Made by a program: the position numbers and the translations under genes
Notes under the pieces: generated by a model
Databases searched by the model: none
What the model saw: only the letters and a program-made list of their open reading frames with translations
Told to the model about the DNA's origin: nothing
Shown here: in pieces, positions 42,211 through 56,809 of the stretch
Numbering within the stretch: position 1 is the stretch's first letter
How the letters are laid out: each line of letters starts with the position of its first letter
DNA from: Chrysomallon squamiferum
Taxonomy: Eukaryota > Animalia > Mollusca
Direction of reading: 5' to 3'
Length of the DNA stretch: 64,000 nucleotides
Assembly: GCA_012295275.1 (NCBI GenBank)
Contig: CM022676.1
Location: 5,766,001-5,830,000 of the forward strand

Positions 42211-42660
42211 TTAGTACCATGTTAGTACCATCTTAGTACCATGTTAGTTCCATATTAGTACCATGTTAATAATATATTAGTACCATGTTAGTTCCATATT
42301 AGTACCATGTTAATAATATATTAGTACCATATTAGTTCCATCTTAGTACCATGTTAATAATATATTAGTACCATATTAGTACCACATTAGTAACATATTA
42401 ATAATATATTAGTACCATATTAGTTCCACCTTAGTACCATATTAGTAACATATTAATACCATCTTAGTACCATACCATATTAGTAACATATTAATAATAT
42501 ATTAGTACCATATTAGTTCCACCTTAGTACCATGTTAGTACCATATTAGTACCATCTTAGTACCATATTAGTACCATATTAATAATATATTAGTACCATA
42601 TTAGTTCCACCTTAGTACCATATTAGTAACATATTAATAATATATTAGTACCAGATTAGT
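42211..42660 (+). repeat. 11-bp minisatellite TTAGTACCAT(A/G/C) with 44-bp higher-order structure
   Basis: Recurring order TTAGTACCATN, TTAGTTCCANN, TTAGTACCATN, TTAATAATATA. Confidence 0.9.
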
Positions 42661-43929
42661 ATCCACCTCAACCCTTATTACTACCTATCTCAACCCACTC
42701 CAGTATCCACCTTCTGTTCCACCCAGTATTCACTTAACCCAGACCACACCGACATAACCCCCTACTCACCACACAAAAAAAAACCATGTAAAACCACATA
42801 AAACCATATAAAACCACATAACAACAACATCATTTTTATGTTAGTTTACTTGATAATGTCGGTGAAACAGAAAATGGGCATTTTATGACACAGTAACAAT
42901 AAGTCAGAAACATGAATAAGTTCAATAGGTCATTAATAAAAATCGTATTTGACCATGCATTATAAAAAGATTATTTGTCCATATAAAAATAAAATAATAA
43001 TAATAATAAAAAAATAAAATAAAATTTGCCCACACATTAAAAAAAGGATTATTTGTCTATACAAGAAAAAAATAAGAAAAAAAAAAAAAAGGATTATTTG
43101 CAAAGACATTTAGCAAAAAAAAAAAAAAATAAATATAAAAAAAAATAAAAAGGGAATCATTCTATAAACTCAGCATGGCAGACATATTGTAAATAAATAA
43201 CCGTAGACAATTCTTCACATATTCACCAATGACATGGACGACAAAAAGGTTACTTTGTAAAGATGGGTGTACAAAGCATAAACTCAGCTCGTTTAAGAAT
43301 AAAGAAAAAGAAAGAAGTTTTTATTATGTGTACAAATGTTTATATGATAGCTCGTAGCCGTCAAAGTGAGACAAAAAAAACTAAATAAAAAAGGGTACGG
43401 TTTATATTCTTCAGTGAACAGATAGATATACAAAAAAGCAAGCGTGACATATAATGTTTACCACACAGTAAGAGGTGAATGTTTGTGACGCTGTGCATGA
43501 ATGCAGTGAAATATGAATATTTTGCTAATGTGAAATTAATACAATACTGAAACACACGTGTGTGAAAGAATTTCTCTGTATTTTTGGTTACGTGTTGAAA
43601 TATTAACTGTTGCTAATATGAACTAATATTCGTGGGATATTAATGTGATATTACCCTCACAACAAACGTTGATTATCTGGAATCTTCTGAGTGTGTGTAA
43701 ATATAGACAGATATACACAAACACCTGCACACCCACACACACACACAGACACACATATATATATATTTATTTATTTTAAAATATGAACACTTATTAATAT
43801 GAAGTTAATTACAATATTTAATACATATGTGAATAATACAAGGAATATTTTATTTTACATAAAGAAATGTGAAGTAATGTTAATATTATACAACACAGTA
43901 CCAAGGATTTTCAAACATTTTACTTATTT

Positions 43930-44098
43930 TTACTGTTACCATTACTGTTATTAATAGTACAGTTACTATTACTACTATCACTTCCACTACTACTATTATT
44001 ATTACTAGCACTAGATCTGCTACCAGTGTGACTACTACTAGTGAAATATAATTGTACTGCTGCTGCCACCATTACTACTACTACTACTTATATTATTG

Positions 44099-44161
<63 letters not shown>

Positions 44162-44500
44162 TTACTACTACTACATCACTATTAAACTAAAATTAAACTA
44201 TTCATAATACTATTATTGCTACCATTACCAATACCACTACTACTACTACTACTACTTTTACAACTGTGACTACTAAAACAACTAAAACTACTACTACCAC
44301 TACTATTGCTCTCATCACTACTACTACTACTACTACTACCACTACTCCTACTCCAACATCTACTACCACTACTCCTACTCCAACATCTACTACTACTACT
44401 ACTACTACTACTACTCCTACATCTCCTACTACTACTACTACTACTCCTCCTACTACTACTACTACTACTACTAATAATAATAATAATAATAATAATAACC
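43930..44500 (+). repeat. (ACT)n field
   Basis: Directly visible. Confidence 0.9.
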
Positions 44501-46797
44501 TTTAATGATGATGAATACAGTGATAATGAAATATAACAACACAACAAATTGATATGTTAACGTCATCATTTGACAAATTCTGTTTAACATCAATCTTTAT
44601 TTGCTTTGACTGTTGAACACAAAATTCACTGCTACTAACAAAAACAACAAAAAAAAAAAAAAATAAAATAATAAGCCCACCCTACAGACATATGAAGTTC
44701 ATTTTTATTGCCCATTTCCATACACAAAAATCCAACAACAATAAAAATTAAAAAAAAAAATAAAAAAAAAAAAAAAAAAAAAAATTTCTATCAATCTTTC
44801 TCACCTGACAGGCAGGTAAACCATAATGCAATCTTGAGGTCAAAGTTCACACTTTATGAGACATTGATACCTGGCCTAATGCAAATTTGAAAACCCTGTC
44901 ACTTGTTTGTCGTTCAAACTGTTGCTTAATCCGGACTTGTAATAACAGCCAAGGCTTTCTGAGCATCCAGTCTGTATTGAAATCTGAAGATCAACACAAG
45001 TAAATTTATTTTCATATCAAAACAGTTTGCGAATTGAAAAATGAATGTTGTGAGAAAAGATTATGTGTTCTGAATATAGTTATTATCAATAAAAGCTGAT
45101 CTGATATGAAGTAATTTTCAGAGATTTAAAAAAATAAAATAAAATAAAAAGAAGTGATTTTGGTACTAAATAAATTAATAGCAAGAACTGATATGAATAA
45201 ATGGTGAAGAAAAAAAAAGAAGAAGAAGCAAAAAAAAGAAGAAGAAGATAATAATCATGAAATAATAATAAAGAGAAAGAATAATAAAGAAAGAAAGAAA
45301 GAAAAAAAAAAAAAATAAAGAGAAAATATAATTGATAATTTAAAATTAGAAATTAATTTGATAGAAATTGTTGTCACCTAAAACTTACTTGACATTGAAT
45401 AAACTGTAGAAAAAACAAAATAAGAAGATAAAAGACAAGTAAGAAGAAAAAAAGATTCAGTATTAAACTACTAATGAGAATAGATTCACAGTTTAAAAAA
45501 TCATTTTCCAAAAAAAAAAAAAAAAAAACCCTACTAGAATAAGCAGATTTGTTATATAACTGAATATATATATATTTTTTAAATTGTAAACGAATATAAA
45601 AACATATATATATAAAATAAAAATTGAGACAGTTCAACAACAGCAGTTACAACAACAACAACAACAACAACAACAATAATAATATTTAAAACAAAAATAA
45701 CAGGAACAGTAAAATCTTTATCAATAATAGTCGAAGTATCAATAATAATAACAACAACAGCAGTTATTGCTTTTATTACTGTTGTTATAACAGTAATAAA
45801 AGTAATAACAAGAATAATAACAGTAACAATAACAACAATAACAACAACAACAACAACAACAACACTGATAATAAAAACTGATAATAACAACAACAACAAC
45901 AACAACAGCCATAACACTAACAATAACAACAGTAATAAAAACAACAACAACAGCAGCAACAATGACCACAGCCTCAAACAACGACAATAACGACGAGGTA
46001 GTGATTACACGGTTAACTGGTTTTTATCTTTGAATAAACTGAGCCTGTATTCAGATACCGTGCTGCTGTATATCTCATGTTGTTGTTAATGCACTTCTAG
46101 CGTGCGATACGGCATTAATATTACACCCCATCAGCTAGTTTTTTTTATTGGTAACCCGATAACATGTTATATAAACATGTACCAAGATCGTGTTTTTATG
46201 GTCCGAAAATTACAGATTAATTTGTACTGCAACAAGAATCCACATAAAAAAAAAACAAATGAAAAAAAAAAAAAAAATTTTTTTTTATTTTTATTTTTTA
46301 AGTGCAGGGTGCTTAATGGTCATTGTCAGCAGAAATGTTTTTATTTGTTTGTTGAAAAAATCAATTTTGTGAGTCCATGTTCATCTGTACATCTGATTGT
46401 TTTTTTTTTTATTTTTTATTTTTTATTTGTCAGCTAACTCGTTTGTGTGTGATCTTTTCCATTCGTCTGTCATTTGTGTGTCGATCTTTTCCATTCGTCT
46501 GTTCGTTTATCCGTTCGTCTTTCTTATTTATCCACACATTTCATCTGTCTATCCTGTCATCTATTCATCCACTTATCCATCTGTCTATTCGTTTATCCAT
46601 CCCAACATTTAACTGTTTCTTCCATCTGTCCATCCATCCATCCATAAATTTTTCATGCATACATCAATATATGTATGTGTGTATGTATATATATATATAT
46701 ATATGTATGTATATTTATGTATGTATGTATATATTTATGTATGTATGTATATATAAATATACCTTTAGTAAATATATATATACTGAAAAGACATAGA

Positions 46798-46828
<31 letters not shown>

Positions 46829-46904
46829 TACATATATATATATATAGATAGATAGATAGATAGATAGATAGAGATATTGATATAGATAATAGATATTCAT
46901 ACAT

Positions 46905-46960
<56 letters not shown>

Positions 46961-48106
46961 CCATTTCATTGCCTATCCATCATCTCTGATCATTCGTTTA
47001 CATGTGATTTTAAAGACCACAAAATAAATATTAACATCATCATCTTTCCATTCATTCATCCATCCATCCATCCATCCATCCATCCATCGATCTATCACAC
47101 ATTCACAGATACTGAAGTACAGACACAACAATAATAATAACCAATCAAAAACCAGCCTGACGTGATTTTTAATCTACTTTTCGAATACAGACATCGCATC
47201 CCATAATCCCATTACTCGATATTACCCATAATCATTGCATCGCATTTTAATTTTTAATTGCGTTATAGTCATTTCAGCTCATTATGTCAGCGATTCTAAT
47301 CATATTAGTAATTAGTATTGGCACGACCCGGTTTCCACGACGACAGCTGATTTCCCCCCCTCTCCCCCATCCCAGCCCAGCCTACCCAGTCAAAAAACCA
47401 CTTCTAAGGTTTTTCCAGCTAATCATTGTTCATGCAATATTTATATCATTTCCAGATGATTTATCAGAACTGGTAATAACTGTTCACGTTTTTTTTTTAT
47501 TGTTTTAACAAAATTAATTACTTTATCGTTAGGAAAGAGTTATGATCGAGAAATTGTACTAATAGATTATTAATAATAAATGAATTTTTATTATTTTTAA
47601 TGGATTTGGTTTGTGGTTTTTTTTTTTTTTTTTGTTTCTTTGTCTTGCAAAGGGTTAATTAGTATTAGATGAATTTTTTTGTGATTGTGTTCTTTTGTGT
47701 GTTTTTTTTCATGTTTTTGTTGGATTTTTTTTTTTTTTTTTAAATAATTGATATGTAATTTTATTGAGTTTATCAGTTTAACTAGTTATTGCAGTAAAAA
47801 TAATGGTAATAATTGTAATGATGATTATAGTGATGATGATGATGATAATATCATCACAAATAATAACAAATACAATAACAGTAATAATAATAATAATTAT
47901 TACAACTTAAATAAAATAAAAAAAATGAAATGAAATTAAATAACTGCATAATAATAATAAGAAGAAGAACAGCAACAACAACAACAACAACAGCAAGAAC
48001 AAAACAACAGAAAAAGACCAACAGTAGTATAAATAATTAATATTTTTTAAACCGTAAAATATTAAGGCTATTTAAAATATCACCTTAAAAAGATTAAAAA
48101 TAATTT

Positions 48107-48152
<46 letters not shown>

Positions 48153-50289
48153 AACAAAAATGCAAAGGGTTAAAATATGAAATTAACATGATTAAAATTC
48201 AAATTAACCACAATTCAGGGAATTCCCAGGACAGAAAAGGTTAAGCCACGTTGTGTAAAATACACATTAACGTGTATTGTGGTTAAAATTCAGATCAATC
48301 TCAAACAAGGGAAGCTCCAGCACAACAAAGATTAAACCACATAATTAATAGATTTATTTACTACGATTTACTCAAAATAATGTTAAAATTTAAAATCGAT
48401 GCAATTATTAAACACTTACATAATGCTTAAAATTATAAATATTACGATATTATGCTTCAAATTATGACTAATTTGGTATTATTATTTAAAATTAAAATTA
48501 ATCAAAAAAGAGGGAATGATGGTGGAATTCAAACCAACCACAAACGAGGGAATTGCAGAGTACAGGGAATTTAACGTGTTAATTAATGTTTCTAATTAGT
48601 CATGTTTATTCAAGCACTGTTTGAACAGATGCTGGGTACATTTAAAAAAGGACCAGGAACACGACCTTCAACAAGCAATTAACACACATGTGTTCGGGTT
48701 CGCTAGATCAACACTGGTCAGTGTAAAAACAACATTTATTTAAGATCATATTTTCTAACAAACCTGATCACAACCATAACCTCCTGTACTGCACTGACCA
48801 ACCCCCCCCACCCAGGTCTGACCTGACCTGTATCAGGGGTGGGAGGGGTGTCACGTTTTTCAGGCAAAAGTGTAAAAGAAAATTTTGTGGATTTTGGGTA
48901 CAGCGGTGATGCATGTAATTTCCAAGTGTGTTGATGATTCCCAGTTCCACCCTCCCCTTGTTCTGTTATACTGCCCCCTCCTTCCCCCCCCTACCAGGTC
49001 TGACCTGATTGTTGTTATTGTCTGGAGGGGGGGTTGTCATGTTTTCACATGAAATATAAAGAAAGATTGTAGGTTTGTGTATGGTCAATATGCTATTTTC
49101 AAAGGTGCTGTTGATCAGAATTTTCTTCTCCTGTCTTTGTTGCGCACACACACACACACACCTACCCATAGGTTTACCTGTAAGGTAGTCATTGTCTGGG
49201 TAGGACTTTTTTTTTTAGTTTTTATTATTATTATTTCAACTATTTTTCATGGTTTTCATAGCTTTTGTCTTACATTTTGCAAAAAAAAAAAAATTAAAAT
49301 CAAAAATTAAAATTAAAATAAATAAATAAATAAATAAAAGAATTGTTGAGTTGTACATAAAAGTATCATTTCTAGAACAGTTGCCTGATTGGAGGAGTCA
49401 CACCCTTCCCTTTTCCTATTGCCCCCCCACCCCCTAGATGTGACCTGATAGTATTTTGGGGGGGTGAGGGTGTAATTTTAAAAATTATTTTCATGTTTTT
49501 TCATAGCTTTTTGTCTTGTATTAAATGAATATAAAGGAAAAATGCTGACTGGAAAATAAACTTTGCCCATTCAGAAGATATAACCTAAAATTCTTACTCC
49601 TCTGACTTTTTTCATGTCAAACTATTTGTCAAAGAAAATGAAAAATAAATTCTAGAAAACGAAATGCAAAAGAAAAATAAATTATAATTTTTAATTTTTT
49701 TTTTTTTTTTAGATCATTAAATAGATAAATAAATAAAAATATACTGAATAAATGAAGAATTAAATAAATGACTAAAAATGAATGAATGAATAAATAAATA
49801 AAATGTTAATAAGTTAATAAAGATAAATGATAATATAAGCAAAATAAATGAATTAAAAAAAATAGAAGAATAAAAATTAACAGAAGAATAAAAAGATAAA
49901 AATAAAGGAAATTTTATTAACAACAACAATAAATACTTTTAAAATATATATTTAACATAAAAAAATAATAATAATAATTTTGAAAAAAAAAAAAAAAAAA
50001 AAAAAAAAATAAAATAAAAAATAATAAAAAAACGTTTTGATTGAAATTTTTTTATTAAGACAGGCTGTTAATAAAAATTCATTAACACAGGTGATCTAAT
50101 TAATAAAAATCAGCTCAGTTTATTTTTAAACTCGTTTAGAGAAAGGTGCAGATTTCACCTGTACGAGACTAATGCATAAATTAGACTTACTCAGAAAGTT
50201 TGTGTTGTCTTGTACAAATATGTACCTCATACAAAATATGGATCTGTCGAATTCCGTGTGTTATAACACCTGTTAAATATAAATTTTAT

Positions 50290-50740
50290 ACAACAGATGC
50301 TTGTGTATTAAAGGTATGTAGTTTATAATATAGTCTGTTCTAATATAACTGTGAAATATAGCTTTCATACATCAGATGTGTTTGTATATCAAAGGTTTAT
50401 AGTTTATAATATGTACTGGTATGTATATTTAAATATACATGTGAGACATAAGTTATAGTTAGATGCTTGTATATTTAAGGTACTTAGTTTATATTATAGT
50501 TTGATATGTGTATTTTAATATATGTGAAATACATATTATATATAATGGTAGATGTTTATGTATTAAAAGTATTTAGTTTATAGTATAAGAGTCATATGTG
50601 TATTTAATATGTATGTGAAATAAAAATTGTATATAATAGTAAATGTTTGTATAGATAAAAGTTTATAGTTTATAATATATTCTGATATGTATATTTAATA
50701 CACATGTGAAATATAAGTCATATGTGGTTTTTATAGTTTT
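50290..50740 (+). repeat. Degenerate ~80-90 bp AT-rich tandem repeat
   Basis: AGATG(C/T)TTGT...AAAGGT...AGTTTATAATAT...TGTGAAATA recurs at ~50295, 50373, 50461, 50550 and 50640. Confidence 0.7.
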
Positions 50741-51450
50741 ATATGTAATTGATATAATATTTGAATATTGTGTATTTTAAGTATGTCTGTCTCTTTTTGC
50801 CTTTCCTTTTCTGTTTTTCTGTCTGTCTTTGTCTCTCTCTTTTTCTCTCTCTCATCCTCTCTTTCTTTCTGTCCATCTATCTTTCTTTGGCTCTCTTTCA
50901 TGTTTTCTCTGTCTGTCTGTCTCGCACAAAATGTTTCATTAACATAAAAATGAATCTATTCTTTCAGGTATCTCAGGTGATGGTCTTTGAGTGTGAGATG
51001 TCACACTGTGTCACACTAAATGTGACAGTTACAAATTAGCTGTCACACAAAACATGTAAACACAGCAGACAGTTTTACTGCCAACCCATGAACAGCCTGT
51101 CAGAAAGGTAGGAGATGAAAACAGTACTTTCTACACTGCCGTTTATAAATAGTCGTAATAAAGTGTGTACCTAGGTGTGTGATATACTTTCTCAGCAGTG
51201 TTTTAGTTAAATAGAAGACACTTTATTAGATATATAGATTGTCTGATGAATGTGTATAAAAAGAACAACCAAAATAGTAATAGTAATAAGAATAATAATA
51301 ATAATAATAATAATAATGATAAAAAAATGATGATGATAATAATAACAAAAGGTAAAGATGGCTTACATATATAACATTTACTAAATAGTATTTTCTAAAA
51401 CATCATAATGAATAGTTGTTAAAATCATATCATATCATACATACATACAC

Positions 51451-51481
<31 letters not shown>

Positions 51482-52464
51482 ATATAAAATAAAATAAAAC
51501 AAAATAAAATTAAAAGGTAACAAAAACCGTAATAAAGAAAACGTATATATGTCAGATATGAAGATTTATTTTCATACATTTTTTCTTAACTTAATTTTTA
51601 CAAGAAATCTGTGTGTGTGTATGTACATTGATACAAAAATACATATACATATACTTATGAACATGCTGTCATAGATATAAACATACATACATACATACAA
51701 ACATGTTCAAATACACATGCATGCACACACACACACACACACACAATCTAATTAACTTTATTAAAATACTCCTAACATTTCTCACATCTGTATGTCTGTA
51801 TTAGCAGATGTTGTTTTTAAAATATCTATTTGTATTATTATTTTTTTTTTTTTTTTTGTCCGTGTGTCCATCTGTCCAGATTCTCTCACAAGCTGGGACA
51901 GATTTCCCAGTTTCCATTCATCCTGGACACACACAGGACAACACAACAGTCATAAATCACCCAACAGAAGAAAAAAAAAACTAACTGTCACCATAAACTA
52001 GTCACCCAACATATCTGTCATTTTGAGTAATCCAGTAAACACTGAATAATCATGCAAAAAAAGAACATCCCATCAATGGATTTGTGTACACATTTTCTTA
52101 AAATACCCTACAAAAACAACATTATTCTTTCTTTATTTATTTATTTAATTTTATTTTTATTTTTTGAGACCCAAATAGTATTGCTATTGACAAAACTGAT
52201 CTATTTTTGGAGAATCAAAAAAATAAAAAATAAAAAAAAATTATAAAATTGCTGTCAATAATATGATCTATTTTTTGGAGACCAAAATACTGTTGCCATT
52301 AACAAAATCTATTTTTTGGAGACTGAAATAAAACCAAAAATCTTTTTAAAAAAAAATCACTATCAATAACATGATCTGTTTCTTTTTTTTGGGGGGAGAT
52401 GCAAAAATAACCGTCACCATCAGCATAATTACAAACATCGTCAGCACTGACAACCTGATCATTT

Positions 52465-52525
52465 TTACCGGAGACTTGAACCCCATTGCCACAAGGCGTC
52501 GCCTGGTACCGTTAGCCCCACCCAT
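52465..52525 (-). mobile_element. tRNA-derived SINE head remnant
   Basis: Minus strand reads TGGGGCTAACGGTA (A-box-like) ... GGTTCAAGTCT (B box). Confidence 0.45.
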
Positions 52526-52953
52526 TTACCTAACTGAACTCATTAATCGGAGTCAACAGAACAAAAAAATCACCAACAGGTTTTTATCGATACCCCCAAA
52601 ACATAAAAAACGTGACTCTAAAACTGATACTTCACCAGTACCAGTGTCTAAAACGCTGATACTTTCACCAGTACCAGTGTCATAACGCCGATATCTCACT
52701 GCAGCCCGTGACTTAACAACAATACCTGTTAACACACTCGCAGTAGTCGCAAATGTCGCGTCTTTCTGGCTCTCAGTATAATCCTCAAGATTTGATTAAT
52801 GGGAGAAATGGTTAAAAAAAAAAAAAAAAAAAAGCAATAAGTATTTATTGATGATCAAGTGTCCTTATCGTAGCCTGACACTTTCACTGCCATGATTTGA
52901 GTACAGCTTGGTGTTAGTGAGGTATTGATTGGAGTACAGTTTGTCTGTCTGTC

Positions 52954-52989
<36 letters not shown>

Positions 52990-54039
52990 ATTTTTCTGCT
53001 CCAGAGAAAAAGGACTGTTTAGAACGTGTTTTTAGTTGTTTTTGTTTCTGTATATGTTGGGGTTTTTTTGTCTGTTTTTTTTTATGTTTGTGGGGTTTGA
53101 TAGTGGCTGTGAATGTTAAGTAAAAAAAAAAAAAAAAAGTATGTGTATATTTAAGTAACTTGTATTAAATGATCAGGTAAAGTTAGCTAAGTAATTTTAT
53201 AAGATGATTGGGTTTTTGGTTGGGTTTTTAATAGTGGTAGTAATATAACAATGATAATAATCATGATAATAAATACAGTAATAATAAGAAATGATTATTA
53301 TAGTAATAACAATGATAATAATAAAAATAGTAATAACAATAACAACAACCATAACAATGATAATAATGAATGTGATGATGATGATGATAATTATAATGAT
53401 GATGGTGGTGATGATAATAATAATGATAATAATAATATGATGAAGATAATGATGATAATAATATGATGAAGATAATGATGATAATAATAATAACTGTTTT
53501 ATGGCCTTCGTTTGTCATGAATTTTAATTTCTTAACTTTAACTAAAAAAAAAAGAAAATAATTAATTACACTATTACTATTTATTTAAAACACAGGTACA
53601 CATGCATACACACACACCTCAACATGCATACAAACACACACACACACAGACAGACACACATTTACTTTTTGACAACCGCTATCTATTTCAACCCTAATCT
53701 AATCTTATCTGAACATTCTGAGAAACTTAAAACATGACCACACACAAAACGTTATTCCTTAGCACTAAAGTCGTTAACGATTCCGTAACAGAGTGAACAT
53801 TAAAAGCCTGGCGACTGAACAATAACGTCTTCACATAACCAAACAAGAACAAGACGTTTATATCATTACAGTGTGTACGTGGTGATATCGCTGTTATTGT
53901 ATCTCGCGGCATTGCATACGAATTAGCCATGTATTATTGGCTAGAGGTACTAATCTTTGTCTATTGTTTTCTGATCCATAACCACTGTAGATTACAGCCT
54001 CTGATTATACACTTACATGCCTCAGTGGGTTTTATGGAT

Positions 54040-54290
54040 ATAGAGTTACCCGCCTTGTCGTGTTTATTAGTTTAGAGTTACGTGCCTTGTTATCGTTGTA
54101 GGATTAGAGTTTCCTACCTTTTTTGTTGTTCACCGGATTAGAGTTACCCCTCTTGTTGTGTTTACTGGTTTAGAGTTACCTGCCTTGTTGTCTTTATTGG
54201 TTTCAGAGTTTCTTTGACTGGTTATTGTTATTGGTTTCACGTTACCCGCATTTTGTTTTTATTGGTTTAGAGTTACCTACCTTGTTGGTG
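54040..54290 (+). repeat. ~33-bp minisatellite TTTAGAGTTACC(C/T)GCCTTGTTGTGTTTATTGG
   Basis: About 8 degenerate copies. Confidence 0.8.
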
Positions 54291-54474
54291 TTAATGCTAC
54301 TGTGAAATGGTGGCGCAGTGGAAAATAGTTTTTGTCAGGTGAGCAGTGATTTGAAGATTTGACACTGGTGGCTTGGAATTACGTGACAGTAGTTTAGAAT
54401 TTTTGAAATTTTTTCTAAATATATAACTTAAATAATACGTAAATAAATACAGTGGTTCTGATACTGTAGTTCTG

Positions 54475-54720
54475 TCTTCTTCTTCTTCTTCTTCTTCTTC
54501 TTCTTTCTTCTTCTTTTTCTTCTTCTTCTTCTTCTTCTTCTTCTTCTTTTTCTTCTTCTTCTTCTTCTTCTTCTTCTTCTTCTTCTTTTTCTTTTCTGTT
54601 CTTCTTCTTCTTCTTTTTCTTCTTCTTCTTCTTTTTCTTCTTCTTCTTCTTCTTCTTCTTCTTCTTCTTTTTCTTCTTCTTCTTCTTCTTCTTCTTCTTC
54701 TTCTTCTTCTTCTTCTCCTT
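54475..54720 (+). repeat. (CTT)n microsatellite
   Basis: Directly visible. Confidence 0.95.
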
Positions 54721-54939
54721 TTTTTATTGACCAGATGATTTTTGGATCAGTTTCAGACATGATAAATTTTTGAAATTTTATTCTCTACTAGTCACACTAC
54801 CTTCACTCTTGTGATGGGTTTTTCCATTTAAAAGCCAAAATTTGACCTAAGATAGAAGTAGAAGATACTGAGACATCATTATGGACTGGACTGATGAGAA
54901 AAGGGAGCTATTTTTGGTATATTTCTACAAAATTGTCTT

Positions 54940-56253
54940 TTAAATATATTCAATTACCTGGGTCTAAATTATCTCAAGCATCCATGAACAACGTTTGATC
55001 CTGGAACCTAATGTACACCAACCACACTTAAACAATCATCCTACAGCTTATATATATACTTTGTGTGTTTCTGTAATATTGTGTTTTAAATACATTCTTC
55101 AAGGTGAAATGGGAAATTTTCACAATAGTCCAATTATAGGATTTGATCCTTGAACCTAACATACACCAGCCATACATACTAACCAATCTCCTATCTAATT
55201 CTGAATATTTCTCTAATATTATGTTTTAAATATATTATAAAAACTGAAACTTTCACAAAGTCCAGTAACAAGATTTGATCCTGGAACCTAACACACACCA
55301 TCCAAATTCTCTAACCATCAGTCTCTGCATTCTGAATGTTTATGTAATATTGTTTTTTAAATATATTATAAAAAAACCTGAAACTTTCACAAACTCCAGC
55401 AACAAGATTAGATCCAGGAGCCTAATACACACCAGCCAAACATTCTAACCATTATCCTCACTGTCCTGAATACTTCTTTAATATTGTGTTTTAAATATAT
55501 TAAAAAAAACTGAAATTTTCACAAAGTCCAGTAACAAGATTAGATCCTGGAGCCTATCAGACACCAGCCTAACATTCTAACCAATCAGCTTCACTGTCCT
55601 GAATGTTTCTCTAATATTGTGTTTTAAATACATTCAAAAAAACTGAAACTTTCACAAAGTCCAGTAACGAGATTAGATCCCGGAACCATCAGCCTCACTG
55701 TTATGAATGTTTCTCTAATATTGTGTTTTAAATATATTCAAAAAAAAACTGAAACTCACAACTCCAGTAACAAGATTAGATCCCGGAACCATCAGCCTCA
55801 CTGTTCTGAATGTTTCTCTAATATTGTGTTTTAAATATATTAAAAAAAACTGAAACTCTCACAAGTCCAGTAACAAGATTAGATCCTGGAACCATCAGCC
55901 TCACTGTTCTGAATGTTTCTCTAATATTGTGTTTTAAATATATTACAAAAAACACTGAAACTCTCACAAGTCCAGTAACAAGATTAGATCCTGGAACCAT
56001 CAGCCTCACTGTTCTGAATGTTTCTCTAATATTGTGTTTTAAATATATTACAAAAAAACCTGAAACTCTCACAAGTCCAGTAACAAGATTAGATCCCGGA
56101 ACCATGAGCCTCACTGTTTCTGAATGTTTCTCTACTATTGTGTTTTAAATATATTAAAAAAAAACTGAAACTCTCACAAGTCCAGTAACAAGATTAGATC
56201 CTGGAACCATCAGCCTCACTGTCCTGAATGTTTCTCTAATATTGTGTTTTAAA
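54940..56253 (-). repeat. Tandem array (~11 units of ~133 bp then ~104 bp), apparently derived from a tRNA-SINE head
   Basis: The GATT(A/T)GATCC anchor occurs at ~54993, 55140, 55272, 55406, 55538, 55671, 55774, 55877, 55982, 56087 and 56192. Confidence 0.85.
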
Positions 56254-56809
56254 TTGCCCCACTCAGGTAGAGTTTATTCTAACTGTCATGAAAACATGGT
56301 GTATCAATTTGTTTAGAGTTTTGCATTCAGTAACCTGACATGAAACTCGATGCACCATTCACAGTGAGAGAGAAAAAGAAAAGAAAAACAGAGAAAGGTG
56401 TGCAGAAAACATCACCATCTGTTTCTCACCTGCTTTCACCTGAACAGGTAACACAATTAAACCACGATTCTCTCTGATGTTTTTAGCAGTTTGCTTACTT
56501 CACTGCTGCTGCATTGTGAATTGTAAAAGGCTTGATTTGTAGTTTGTGAATTGTAAAAGCTTAATTTGTAATCTGTGATTTCTGAATTGTAAATCTTAAT
56601 TTATTAATTTGTAATTTCCAAATTCTAAATTTTAATATATTATTTGTAATTTGTAAATCTTAATTTGTAATTTGTAATTTGTAATTTCTGAATTATAAAA
56701 TTTTCTCCTTGTTTTTCTTCAACTTTTCAATTTTTCTTCTCTTTTCTTTTCTATTTTTAAATATTTTTATTTTATTATTTATTATTATTTTTGGTTTTTA
56801 TTCAGTTTA

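Noticed and set aside
55818-56148. ORFs with 35-aa repeats
   Set aside because: By-products of 105-bp tandem units. Neighbouring units are frameshifted by A-run length changes.
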